DNA of 64,000 bases, taken from assembly GCA_002269645.1 (NCBI GenBank), contig NIVC01003570.1, positions 26,723-90,722 of the forward strand, in the 5' to 3' direction. The notes below the pieces were generated by a model, which had not been told where the DNA came from, did not search any database, and saw only the letters and a list, made by a program, of their open reading frames with translations. Each line of letters begins with the position of its first letter. The first letter of the stretch is position 1. Of this stretch, positions 42,566-60,876 are shown one piece after another. This DNA comes from Macrostomum lignano (lineage: Eukaryota). Position numbers and translations under genes: made by a program.

Positions 42566-44202
42566 CTAAATACTAGCAAAAACTTATATAGGCCTAAGGA
42601 TTAAATCATATCTCTATGCTTGTTATGATGCTTTATACTTGATTTAAAATATTTAGTTTTTATATATAAGTTTAGGATATAGCCTATAAATTATAAAAAT
42701 AAATATATCATTATCAATATCCAAAATCCAAATTTATATTATAGATCATATATAAAAGCTAAAAAAAGAATAAAAATTAATTAATTAGGCCTAATAAAAT
42801 ATTTTACTTTTAGTTCTTTATACTTTAATTTTAGAATAGTTATATTATTGCCAGTTCAGATATTTGAATAAAGTTTTATTAACTTTAAAGCATTTTTGCT
42901 AATATTAATAAATTAGATATTCACAAAATTTTTATTCTATAGGCCAGATTAATAATCTCAATCATTATTATAGGTTAGGTGAAAGAAAAGGAATAATGAC
43001 AAAAGAAAAAGATAAAAGTAATGATAAAAAAGATAAAAGGTAAGAAACAAGATCAAAGATAAAAATGATATATATAAAAGAAGAGGGAGAAGATAAAAAG
43101 AAAGAAAAGATAAAAAATATGAGAGAAAAAATGAGCAGGGAGAATAGTGGGAAGAGGAATATAGAAAAGAATAGGGAGAGGAGTGGGGAGAAAAGTGGGA
43201 AGAAAAAAGAGAAATAGAGAGAGAAGGAAGGAGTAAGGAGAGGAGAAAGGTTAGAAAAGAAAAAAGGAGAAAGAAGAGAGCTAGGGGAGGAAAGGAAAAG
43301 ACAGAAAATAAATGAAAGGGTAAAGAGAATAGAGAACAGAAAAGATACTTATAAAAGACAAACATTGAGTGGGCCAGATTGCTATTATAAAGTTCCAAAG
43401 GACTTGAGGGCCAAATAGAGGCTTTGTAGGCCACATGTGATATATGGGCTAGAGTTTGCCAACCTTTGTAAGTTGCAATAGATGTATCATTTAGATTTGA
43501 TTTATTATAATTAACTATCTGAATTAACTTTTGCTTTTAATAACTTATTTAATTCTTGATTTAATGTATTCTTATAATTGTTTGATAAAAGCAAGTAAAA
43601 TTGGCTACTAGTCACTTTACCAACAAGACATTGGCAATGGACACTTAGGTGATATCTCAGCAATAATATTAGGTTATTTTGGTAAATCTCCAAATACATC
43701 AATTTAACAAAGTAACAAAATAGCAAAAAGACCAGCTTCAAAGATGAGGCAAATTCTGGAAGCTGTGGAAGCAATACTATCAAGGAAGCAAGTTAGCTTT
43801 GCCGCTAACTTGACTCCTGTAGTTGGCTAAATGTCCTGAAATGTCCATCTATAATTTCATTGTGAGTTAATAACTTACTAAAATGGACTGATTGTTTTAT
43901 TTTATTTTCTTTTAATGACTTTTTTCTTTTGAAATTAAAATCAATAAGATATTTTAAATGTTTTAATGAAGTGCATAACTGACTTTTATTTTCATTTTAC
44001 TAATATAGTATCTTTGTGACACTATTTATAGTTAATCTTACTTTTGTAATGAATGATATACAAATATAAATTGTTTGTCAAATCCAATTTTATTCATACA
44101 TTCATATTGTATGCTTTTCACCAAAACTTGATTTGCCCCAAAAATTTTGCCAAAACGTCTTGCTGCCAAAGTACTATTACTTGTAAAAATTCAATCTTTT
44201 AG

Positions 44203-47200
44203 GTGCACTGGAACACCTGCTAGCCACAGAGCCCACCTTGCCAGACCAGATGCGGCAGGTGCTACTCCAACTGCAGCTTGTCTCACGTCGCACTGTCAAT
44301 CAGTCCTTGCCAATGGTGCAAAAATCAGATGAGGTGTACTTTGCTAACATGGGATTTCTCCTGTCTAGCAGTTGGAGGCCGAAAGTTCAATACGAACTGC
44401 TCACTGCTGAGCGTAACACTGGAAACTGGAATTCAGAAGGAGCAGTTGATGAAGCCAAACTGAAAGGTAAATTTTTAATGTCTATTCACTTAAAATGTTT
44501 AAAAACTTCATTGTTTACTTCTGGAATTCCAATGTGTGTTGTCGTACAATTCACACTTTTTACGGCCAACCCCCCAATGCACAGAAAGTGTACATCCTGA
44601 GTGAACGCGTGTACAAGTGCGTGCCTGTACAGTATTGGCAGATCCCTCATGCCAACACACTGTGCCACCTGTGCGCCATTTTCAGAGGAATTCACGGAGT
44701 CCCGCAGCGACCAGTGCCTGCTCGATGTGCACAGGAACAAAGACCGGTGCCGGTTCGACTCCAGCTGCCTCAGGCTGATGCTGCACGGAGATGGAGCTCG
44801 GGGCTACCACCTCACGCACCAGATACTCTATGCGACTTTTATTGAAGCCGTGAGAGTTGCTATGGCACCGTTTTTCATACTGATGGGGAACTGCTTGATC
44901 TGTCTATCTATCTATCTATCTATCTGTCTGTCTATCTATCTATCTTCTTTTTTAGTTGCTCGCACTCTTTTGCACTACTTGAGTAGTCTGATTTTCGAAC
45001 GGCAGGCTGGTTCCAGCAGGTAGTTCCTCTGGATAAAAGCGCTTACCGCGCCCATTGGCTTTCCAGCTGCCTTAATCGTTTCCGGTGATCTTGTGTGCGT
45101 GCATTCAGCTTGATTGGCTGCGGCAATCCAAACGCTTGCTTCGCAAGCGTTTGCTCGCTTGCTCGCTTCGCTCGCTCTTTCTCGCTATCTACCATCTATT
45201 GCCAGGACCTGCACCGGAGCGGTTACGAAAATTAGATTTCTCGGTAGTTGCTCGCACTCTTTTGCACTACTTGAGTAGTCTGATTTTCGAACGGCAGGCT
45301 GGTTCCAGCAGGTAGTTCCTCTGGATAAAAGCGCTTACCGCGCCCATTGGCTTTCCAGCTGCCTTAATCGTTTCCGGTGATCTTGTGTGCGCGCATTCAG
45401 CTTGATTGGCTGCGGCAAGCAAGCTCGAAAGAGCTCGCTTCGCTCGCTCTTTCTCGCTATCTACTATCTATCTATCTTCTATCTATCTATAATCTATCTA
45501 GGGGCATAATTTAGGAGCATCATTTTGGTAACGCAGATTTTCTTTTACGTTACTATTAGTAGTTTAGTCTAAGGAAGTCCCAGTTGATAGGCCAGTTAAG
45601 GCGTTAGCGGTATTATCTGTAAGCAAAGAGCAGTCGGATTTTCTGGGAAGCATCCCGTGTTGTCTGTCTAATCCAGTCTTGTTTTTCCTGCTAAGCCAAC
45701 TGATAAACATACATGTAACGAGTAATCCGCTGGGAACTTGTTAATTAACTTAGCCAGTAGCCCTACGGTGGGCCGCAGAATCCTGCGCTCTCAGTGCGCA
45801 TCCCACAGCAACCCGCACGCACCCCTCAGTCCGGCTGCGCTCCGCCTTCACTCGGCCTGCGTCGCCGGCTGGCCCAGCTGTGCGGCCGCGCCCTGCTGGA
45901 GCACCGGCAGCTCCTGCTGTACCTCCTGGCGCCATGGCGAGCCAGTCGACTTACTGGTCGCCGAAGTTCGAAGGTTCGCCGGCGAAGCCGGCCGCTGATG
46001 TTCGACCTGGCCCTGGAGCAGGGTGAGTGAGTTGCCGCAGTTGCTCCGGCGTCTGCTTGCATGCCCGCCTTGCACTCTCCGTGCCTTGGGGGCTGCAGGC
46101 CCTCTTGGTCGCGAATCGCATGTTCGGCCCCTATGACTGCTGAGTTGTCAGCTCAGCATCGCCTGCCCCAGTCCAAAGTTTTGCCGCCTTGCTGCGGAAC
46201 TTGAGAAATTTGTGCGAGGGGGCGTGCTTAACTCCCTCTCACCCCTCTCCCACTCGCCCACCCCCTCACTTTCCCTCCCACCACCTCCCCACTCATCTCC
46301 CACTCACCCCCTCTCACTTTCCCTCCCACCACCTCCTCACTCACCTCTCCCTCTCACCCCCTCTCCCACTCACCCCCTCTCACTTTCCCTCCCACCACCT
46401 CCTCACTCACCTCTCCCTCTCACCCCCTCTCCCACTCACCCCCTCTCACTTTCCCTCCCACCACCTCCTCACTCACCTCTCCCTCTCACCCCCTCTCCCA
46501 CTCGCCCACCCCTCACTTTCCCTCCCACCACCTCCCCACTCACATCTCCCACTCACCCCCTCTCACTTTCCCTCCCACCACCTCCTCACTCACATCTCCC
46601 TCTCACCCCCTCTCCCACTCTCATCCCCTCTCACTTTCCCTCCCACCACCTCCTCACTCACCTCTCCCTCTCACCCCCTCTCCCACTCACCCCCTCTCAC
46701 TTTCCCTCCCACCACCTCCTCACTCACCTCTCCCTCTCACCCCCTCTCCCACTCACCCCCTCTCACTTTCCCTCCCACCACCTCCTCACTCACCTCTCCC
46801 TCTCACCCCCTCTCCCACTCACCCCCTCTCACTTTCCCTCCCACCACCTCCTCACTCACCTCTCCCTCTCACCCCCTCTCCCACTCGCCCACCCCCTCAC
46901 TTTCCCTCCCACCACCTCCCCACTCACATCTCCCACTCACCCCCTCTCACTTTCCCTCCCACCACCTCCTCACTCACATCTCCCTCTCACCCCCTCTCCC
47001 ACTCTCATCCCCTCTCACTTTCCCTCCCACCACCTCCTCACTCACCTCTCCCTCTCACCCCCTCTCCCACTCTCATCCCCTCTCACTTTCCCTCCCACCA
47101 CCTCCTCACTCACCTCTCCCTCTCACCCCCTCTCCCACTCACCCCCTCTCACTTTCCCTCCCACCACCTCCCCACTCATCTCTCCCTCTCACCCCCTCTC

Positions 47201-49194
47201 CCACTCACCCCCTCTCACTTTCCCTCCCACCACCTCCTCACTCACCTCTCCCCTCTCCCTCTCACCCCCTCTCCCACTCACCCCCTCTCACTTTCCCTCC
47301 CACCACCTCCTCACTCACCTCTCCCTCTCACCCCCTCTCCCACTCTCATCCCCTCTCACTTTCCCTCCCACCACCTCCTCACTCACCTCTCCCTCTCACC
47401 CCCTCTCCCACTCACCCCCTCTCACTTTCCCTCCCACCACCTCCTCACTCACCTCTCCCTCTCACCCCCTCTCCCACTCACCCCCTCTCACTTTCCCTCC
47501 CACCACCTCCTCACTCACCTCTCCCTCTCACCCCCTCTCCCACTCACCCCCTCTCACTTTCCCTCCCACCACCTCCTCACTCACCTCTCCCTCTCACCCC
47601 CTCTCCCACTCGCCCACCCCCTCACTTTCCCTCCCACCACCTCCCCACTCACATCTCCCACTCACCCCCTCTCACTTTCCCTCCCACCACCTCCTCACTC
47701 ACATCTCCCTCTCACCCCCTCTCCCACTCTCATCCCCTCTCACTTTCCCTCCCACCACCTCCTCACTCACCTCTCCCTCTCACCCCCTCTCCCACTCTCA
47801 TCCCCTCTCACTTTCCCTCCCACCACCTCCTCACTCACCTCTCCCTCTCACCCCCTCTCCCACTCACCCCCTCTCACTTTCCCTCCCACCACCTCCTCAC
47901 TCACCTCTCCCTCTCACCCCCTCTCCCACTCACCCCCTCTCACTTTCCCTCCCACCACCTCCCCACTCACATCTCCCTCTCACCCCCTCTCCCACTCACC
48001 CCCTCTCACTTTCCCTCCCACCACCTCCTCACTCACCTCTCCCTCTCACCCCCTCTCCCACTCACCCCCTCTCACTTTCCCTCCACCACCTCCTCACTCA
48101 CCTCTCCCTCTCACCCCCTCTCCCACTCATCCCCTCTCACTTTCCCTCCCACCACCTCCTCACTCACCTCTCCCTCTCACCCCCTCTCCCACTCTCATCC
48201 CCTCTCACTTTCCCTCCCACCACCTCCTCACTCACCTCTCCCTCTCACCCCCTCTCCCACTCTCATCCCCTCTCACTTTCCCTCCCACCACCTCCTCACT
48301 CACATCTCCCTCTCACCCCCTCTCCCACTCTCATCCCCTCTCACTTTCCCTCCCACCACCTCCTCACTCACATCTCCCTCTCACCCCCTCTCCCACTCTC
48401 ATCCCCTCTCACTTTCCCTCCCACCACCTCCTCACTCACCTCTCCCTCTCACCCCCTCTCCCACTCTCATCCCCTCTCACTTTCCCTCCCACCACCTCCT
48501 CACTCACATCTCCCTCTCACCCCCTCTCCCACTCTCATCCCCTCTCACTTTCCCTCCCACCACCTCCTCACTCACATCTCCCTCTCACCATCTCCCTCTT
48601 ATCCCCTCTCCCACTCTCACCTCTCTCCCTCTCACCTCCTACTCTCACCCTCTCATTCTCACCCCCTGTCTCTCTCTCCCACTCTCACCGCTTTCCCTCA
48701 CCGCCTCTCCCACTCTCACCCTCTCCCTCTCACCCCTCTCCCTCTCACCCTTATTCCTCTCTCCCTCTCACCCACTCACAGTGTTCGCCTGCGGCAGAAT
48801 CGGATTCCTAGATTTTGTCTTGGACTCGCGTCTGCTGGCAGCCCTTCTGACGGCTCAGCACCCGCGCCTCGGCTGCTTCGGCCGCCAGTCGCTTCCAACG
48901 CCGCCGTCCCGGAGGCCGCTGGCAGTCGGCAGCGTGGCTGGCGGAGTCTGCGAGCTGCATCTCACCGGGGTGGCCGCCAGCGCCGCCTCCGCCTACTTGC
49001 TGATGTCGCTGCAGGGTCGGCGCGTCCTTGCAGAGCGGCTTCAGCGGTCGCCTGCATCGATTCGGGCCTCCGGCGCGCATCCTTCTTTGGCGCTGCTGCT
49101 GCCGCCCGTGCTGCTTCTTCTGCTGTTGCTGCTGGCGCGCGGCCGGAAGAAAAGATGTTGCAGACATTGCAGATTCATATTCAGGAAAATCTAA
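44203..49194 (+). CDS. C16orf89: UPF0764 / C16orf89 homolog; exons 44203-44466, 44686-44849, 45830-46022, 48782-49194; first exon not located
   Basis: Phase-consistent splicing gives EEFTESRSDQCL...CRFDSSCLRLM...GARGYHLTHQILY...SGC...LAQLC...FDLALEQVFACGRIGFLDF...LLTAQHPRLGCFG...CELHLTGVA. This matches recalled family motifs (SD.C, GY.L.HQ.L, D.F.E....CG..GF..F, Q...GCFG, H.T..A). Confidence 0.85.
44953..45418. repeat. Direct duplication of a ~175-bp block (44953-45126 and 45245-45418) between (CTAT)n tracts
   Basis: TAGTTGCTCGCACTCTTTTGCACTACTTGAG...TTGATTGGCTGCGGCAA repeated at a 292-bp offset. Confidence 0.9.
46225..48780. repeat. ~66-bp C/T-rich intronic minisatellite, almost G-free on the plus strand
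   Basis: Period 66 (46381 to 46447); fills most of intron 46023-48781; source of the ~1000-aa P/H/S/L ORFs. Confidence 0.95.
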
Positions 49195-49405
49195 TCACAA
49201 TTTGCTTCAGTGCTCAGCAATTCAAACTTTTTCTTCAGGTTTTTTAGCATCCTGAATCTCAGGTGCAGTCACTGGCGTCATCTCAGTCGTTTTTTTGGCT
49301 GAGCGAGTCTCAAGTAAAATTTCTGCGGCAGCTTTGTGTGCCCACGGTTTTTATATGAACGCGTCTTCTGGTCTTTGCTGCTTTTGCAACTTTTGTTGTC
49401 TTTCA

Positions 49406-50254
49406 TTATTTAGTTTATAGGCCTGCGAACTTAGAGCTCAAGGCAATGCAGCAAATTATTTAGTTTATAGGCCTGCGAACTTAGAGCTCAAGGCAATGCA
49501 GCAAATTATTTAGTTTATAGGCCTGCGAACTTAGAGCTCAAGGCAATGCAGCAAATTATTTAGTTTATAGGCCTGCGAACTTAGAGCTCAAGGCAATGCA
49601 GCAAATTATTTAGTTTATAAGCCTGCGAACTTAGAGCTCAAGGCAATGCAGCAAATTATTTAGTTTATAGGCCTGCGAACTTAGAGCTCAAGGCAATGCA
49701 GCAAATTATTTAGTTTATAGGCCTGCGAACTTAGAGCTCAAGGCAATGCAGCAAATTATTTAGTTTATAGGCCTGCGAACTTAGAGCTCAAGGCAATGCA
49801 GCAAATTATTTAGTTTATAGGCCTGCGAACTTAGAGCTCAAGGCAATGCAGCAAATTATTTAGTTTATAGGCCTGCGAACTTAGAGCTCAAGGCAATGCA
49901 GCAAATTATTTAGTTTATAGGCCTGCGAACTTAGAGCTCAAGGCAATGCAGCAAATTATTTAGTTTATAGGCCTGCGAACTTAGAGCTCAAGGCAATGCA
50001 GCAAATTATTTAGTTTATAGGCCTGCGAACTTAGAGCTCAAGGCAATGCAGCAAATTATTTAGTTTATAGGCCTGCGAACTTAGAGCTCAAGGCAATGCA
50101 GCAAATTATTTAGTTTATAGGCCTGCGAACTTAGAGCTCAAGGCAATGCAGCAAATTATTTAGTTTATAGGCCTGCGAACTTAGAGCTCAAGGCAATGCA
50201 GCAAATTATTTAGTTTATAGGCCTGCGAACTTAGAGCTCAAGGCAATGCAGCAA
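49406..50254. repeat. 50-bp intergenic minisatellite, ~17 near-identical copies
   Basis: ATTATTTAGTTTATAGGCCTGCGAACTTAGAGCTCAAGGCAATGCAGCAA; period 50. Confidence 0.97.
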
Positions 50255-50391
50255 AAATGAATTTGGGATTACTTTAGCTAGCTGATTTAATCCACTCCAG
50301 TCAGATACCAGGTAAAACTCACCTTCATCTTGCAGCCTCCTGCTATCAGCCTCAGTAGCCAAAGCATCAGCGGAGGCGGCTGCGGTTGGAA

Positions 50392-56639
<6,248 letters not shown>

Positions 56640-57284
56640 TTTATTTATTCTAAACTGCCTAACACTATTCAATCGCCATTTGTTTAATCTTTAGTCTAAG
56701 TGTTACATTGCGACATTTTATTCCCAATTTTATCCCATTCTAGTTGCTGCTTTTACTGCCTCGTGGCGCAGTCTATTGGCCACAGCGGAACTTGTCTGAC
56801 AGAGCGCTTCCCGCCTATTTTACCCTCTGACCTCGCGACCCCGTCTGCTCCCCTTTTTATAACGACCAGTTTATTGTTTTCGATTGCAGTGCTTTTAAAC
56901 TGAACATCAGTTCATTGAAATTCTAACAATTGCTGAACCTGTTAGCACACACCGCTCTCACTGATGATGGTCATTGCGCTGGCATACTCAAAAATACATC
57001 AGATCGTTTTTTGAAAAATTTAACTTAAATAATTTCTTTGCTTATTTGATCTCAGAACTGCAGGAAAAAGGTGTCCTAGCATAAGACCCCGTAATACAGT
57101 ACTTGGGACAGTTGGAGGACAGCTGCCCTGCCGAGCTTATAACTGTTTAACCACTTTCTCATATAAGTACTTATCGGTTTATCTCATAAATGTCTAAACA
57201 GTAATCTTAGCTGTAAACATTAACTGCATATTGCAAGCTAAATAACTTAAACTCGAATAGCTCTAATCGTAACCATTTGCTAGC

Positions 57285-57840
57285 ATGCACTCGTTCCAGG
57301 CCTTCCCTGCCTCATCCCAAGGTACACTCGCTCCCGGCCCTCCCTGCCCAACACCAAGGTACACTCGCTCCCGGCCCTCCCTGCCCAACCCCAAGGTACA
57401 CTCGCTCCCGGCCCTCCCTGCCCAACCCCAATGTACACTCGCTCCCGGCCTTTTCTGCCCAACCCAATGTACACTCGCTCCCGGCCCTCCCTGCCCAACC
57501 CTAATGTACACTTGCTCCCGGCCCTCCCTGCCCAACCCCAATGTACACTCGCTCCCGGCCCTCCCTGCCCAACCCCAATGTACACTCGCTCCCGGCCCTC
57601 CCTGCCCAACCCTAATGTACACTCGCTCCCGGCCCTCCCTGCCCAACCACTATGTACACTCGCTCCCGGCCCTCCCTGCCCAACCCCAATGTACACTCGC
57701 TCCCGGCCTTTTCTGCCCCACCCCATTGTACACTTCCGATTTTCCCTCTCTCACCCCAATTTTCACTCGCTCCCGGCGTTCTCTGCCTCACCCCAACGTA
57801 CACTCGCTCCCGACCTTCCCTGCCCCACCACAATGTACAG
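57285..57840. repeat. 37-bp minisatellite CCCCAATGTACACTCGCTCCCGGCCCTCCCTGCCCAA
   Basis: Visible tandem units, intergenic. Confidence 0.92.
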
Positions 57841-57952
57841 TCGTTCCTGAAACATGACTTCTCAGAATAGATTTTATATTTATCGGCACTCAAATGAATG
57901 ATAAAATGAAAGTCACAGTTTGGTCAGCTGCTGGTCACTGCGTTGATTTTTG

Positions 57953-59804
57953 TCAGTCTGCTCCTCCGTCGAAGCCACCATCAAAGTCGCCATTATAGTC
58001 CATGTTCTGATCGAACTGGTCATGGCTCATACCGTGATCGAACTGGTCATGGCTCATACCGTGATCGAACTGGTCATGGCTCATACCGTGATCGAACTGG
58101 TCATGGTTCATGCCGTGATCAAATTGGTCATGGCCCATACCGTGATCGAACTGGTCATGGCTCATACCGTGATCAAACTGGTCATGGCTCATACCGTGAT
58201 CGAACTGGTCATGGCTCATACCGTGATCGAACTGGTCATGGCTCATACCGTGATCGAACTGGTCATGGCTCATACCGTGATCGAACTGGTCATGGCTCAT
58301 ACCGTGATCGAACTGGTCATGGCTCATACCGTGATCGAACTGGTCATGGCTCATACCGTGATCGAACTGGTCATGGCTCATACCGTGATCAAATAAGTCA
58401 TGGCTCATATCGTGATCGAATTGATCGTGATCCATGTCGTGATCGCTCTCATCTTGATCATCGTCGTCCTCCTCGTCTGGGGAGCATCTGGGCTGCATCA
58501 TTCTGTTGGCAATCCACGGCTTGGCGCGCCGAGGCTTAGCGCCCCACGACCGGCCGCCCCCAGACAGGCCTCCTCTGAACAGTCCCCGAGCAAGCCGCCC
58601 ACGAACAGCCCTCTGGACAGGCCATCCTTGGACGGGCCACCCCTGGACAGGCCACCCCTGGACAGGCCAGCCCTGGACAGGCCACCCCACTTCGGAATGC
58701 CAATATTGGGCCGCTCCTGGCCAGGCCGCCGGCGAGGCCGCCAGCCAGGCCGCCGACCATGGCCGAGCCCATAAGCTTGGGAACGCCCGAAAAGCTTTTC
58801 GGCGCACCGAAGCTCATTGGGCGCTGCTGGTGCATCATCGGCGCCTGCGTCTGACCGAACGGCATCGAGCCGCGGTAGGCGGGCATCGACACGCTGGGCT
58901 CCACTGGATAGAATAGCAGCAGCACGGTTGGCGCGAACTCATGGATAAGGCGCGCAGTCGAGTCGTTGTAGTTCAGGTCACGCCGGGTCGAGTCGTAGCC
59001 CAGATGGCCGGCCCAGCCGCTGCAGTGGTCCCGCAGTCTCTGCCTGAAGTATTGGTTGCTTCGCAGTCCGTCGTAGGTTTGTCTTCGGTAGGGCTCGGCC
59101 AGGGTCATGTAGGCCTGGTAGATCTGCTGTGTGCGCCTTGACGCCTCGTACTCGTTGCTAGGGTGCCATCTGAAATTACAGAGTGGATTGCTAATCCAGC
59201 CAGTATGCCAGCTGCAAGTACGGAGTGGATTGCGAATCTAGCCAGTATGCCAGCTAGAAGTACGGAGTGGATTGCTAATCTAGCCAGTATGCCAGCTGGA
59301 ATAACGGAGTGGATTGCGAATCTAGCCAGTATGCCAGCTAGAAGTACGGAGTGGATTGCTAATCTAGCCAGTATGCCAGCTGGAATAACGGAGTGGATTG
59401 CGAATCTAGCCAGTATGCCAGCTAGAAGTACGGAGTGGATTGCTAATCTAGCCAGTATGCCAGCTGGAATAACGGAGTGGATTGCGAATCTAGCCAGTAT
59501 GCCAGCTGGAATAACGGAGTGGATTGCGAATCTAGCCAGTATGCCAGCTGCAAGTACGGAGTGGATTGCTAATCTTGCCAATATGCCAGCTGGAATTAAA
59601 GTGGATTGCTTATCTAGCTAATTATAGATTTAGTAGTGTAGCACGGACTGCTAATCTAAATTGAATATTAGTTCTAATATGTCAAAGCTTTTCAAAGCAG
59701 GCGAGAACTCACCGCTCACGCAGCTGTCTGTAGGCAGATTCGATGCTCTGCTTGCTGGACAAGCCCGACACGCCCAGCACCTCGTAGTAGAAATCCTCGG
59801 CCAT
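57953..59804 (-). CDS. J-domain protein 1 (HPS instead of HPD) with Gly/Arg-rich middle and (DHGMSHDQF)n tail; exons 59804-59713 and 59169-57953; two apparent 1-nt frameshifts
   Basis: MAEDFYYEVLGVSGLSSKQSIESAYRQLRER|WHPSNEYEASRRTQQIYQAYMTLAEPYRRQTYD via a phase-2 GT-AG intron. Reaching the tail requires restoring one base near 58708 and one near 58585. Confidence 0.75.
58005..58440 (-). repeat. 27-bp repeat, ~16 copies, encoding DHGMSHDQF
   Basis: GATCACGGTATGAGCCATGACCAGTTC units with synonymous variants (CAG/CAA, TTC/TTT, GGT/GGC). Confidence 0.9.
59180..59600. repeat. 42-bp minisatellite in the J-protein 1 intron
   Basis: GAGTGGATTGC(G/T)AATCTAGCCAGTATGCCAGCT... units. Confidence 0.93.
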
Positions 59805-60034
59805 GAATCTTGCCGTCAGAGCGCGGATCAGTTTCCAGATTTTGTCTCAAATCTATATACGGACTCGGGATCGAATTCTTGCCATAGAGTGCATTTTGGT
59901 TTTCTTATTCAAATCGGCAGTTTTGAATGCAAAACGAAGGCTATTTTTTATTAAATGAAATTGGTAAAAGTTAACAGAAACGCTGCTCAGGCTACTTCCA
60001 GTAGTCAGTTGATACTTGATGATTTGATTTCAGC

Positions 60035-60876
60035 TCAGCGCCGAGCCAGCTGGTTCAGAGCCGTGGTGGTCTGCTCCGTCTGCTCGCCGTTTTTGAACAC
60101 CGTCGTCACCTTTACCCCGTTCTCGACTGTCGTTCTGACGACCGTCCGGTTGCCCTGCCCGTCTTCCGTGGTCGTCTCGCTGACCGCGCTGAACTGCCCG
60201 ACAATTCCATCGTTGCCGACGTCGGCACTGCTGAACACTTCGTTATAGACGAAGAACGGGTCGCGGAAGGCGCTCCAGAGGTTCCGGTGCAGCTGCTCGG
60301 CTGTCGTGCTGCTCCACCTGAAGCTGCCGCCACCCGGCCGCGGACCGTGGGAGCTGCGGCGAGTGCGGTCATAGTCCGCCCGGCGGCTCGGGTCCGACAG
60401 CACTTGGTAGGCCTCGGACAGCTTGCGGAATCGCAGCTCGGCCTCCGGTCGGTTGTTCGGGTTCTTGTCCGGGTGCCACCTGGAGCAGTGGTTGCAGTGC
60501 GCGGGTGAGTTGGGGTTGGCAATGACCGTTTTCCGCCTTTTCAGCGCATCTTGCTGAACTCATCTTTTTCTGGTGCTTTGCTGGCACTTAATTGATACAT
60601 TTCTCGAGTCTTAATTACGAGCCTTTCGTACACCCTGCTGACATTCTTACAGGTACTTCGCCTTTTGTCATTTACTGACATCACTAGACATCACGCACTT
60701 TACTGACATCTAGCATTCACAATGTCATCTTTACTTCTCTTTGGTATGAGGTATCTCTTTGGTATCTTTGGTAAAATCTCACCTTAGTGCCAGTCGCTTG
60801 TACGCCTCCTTAATCTCCTGGCCGTGGCCGATGGAGGCACCTCCAGAATGGCGTAAAATTCCTCGGGGTTGGACAT
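60035..60876 (-). CDS. J-domain protein 2, DNAJB2/B6/B8-like, canonical HPD; exons 60876-60783 and 60479-60035; one apparent 1-nt deletion in exon 1
   Basis: [18 protein letters not shown](A)[13 protein letters not shown]|[37 protein letters not shown]...[12 protein letters not shown]...[27 protein letters not shown]. Exon 1 is 94 nt where 95 are needed. Confidence 0.88.

Noticed and set aside
42958-43470. 158-aa F/L/S-rich ORF and a hAT-like end motif near 43430-43470
   Set aside because: The ORF is the reverse of a GA-rich low-complexity tract. No partner TIR or TSD was found for the motif.
46189-49247. Two ~1000-aa P/H/S/L-rich ORFs
   Set aside because: They are stop-free only because the strand lacks G. 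Only 48782-49194 is a supported exon.
57943-58539. Plus-strand RDRTGHGSY and HTVIELVMA repeat ORFs
   Set aside because: They are antisense readings of the 27-bp repeat with no supported start or flanking similarity; the minus frame links to the J gene.
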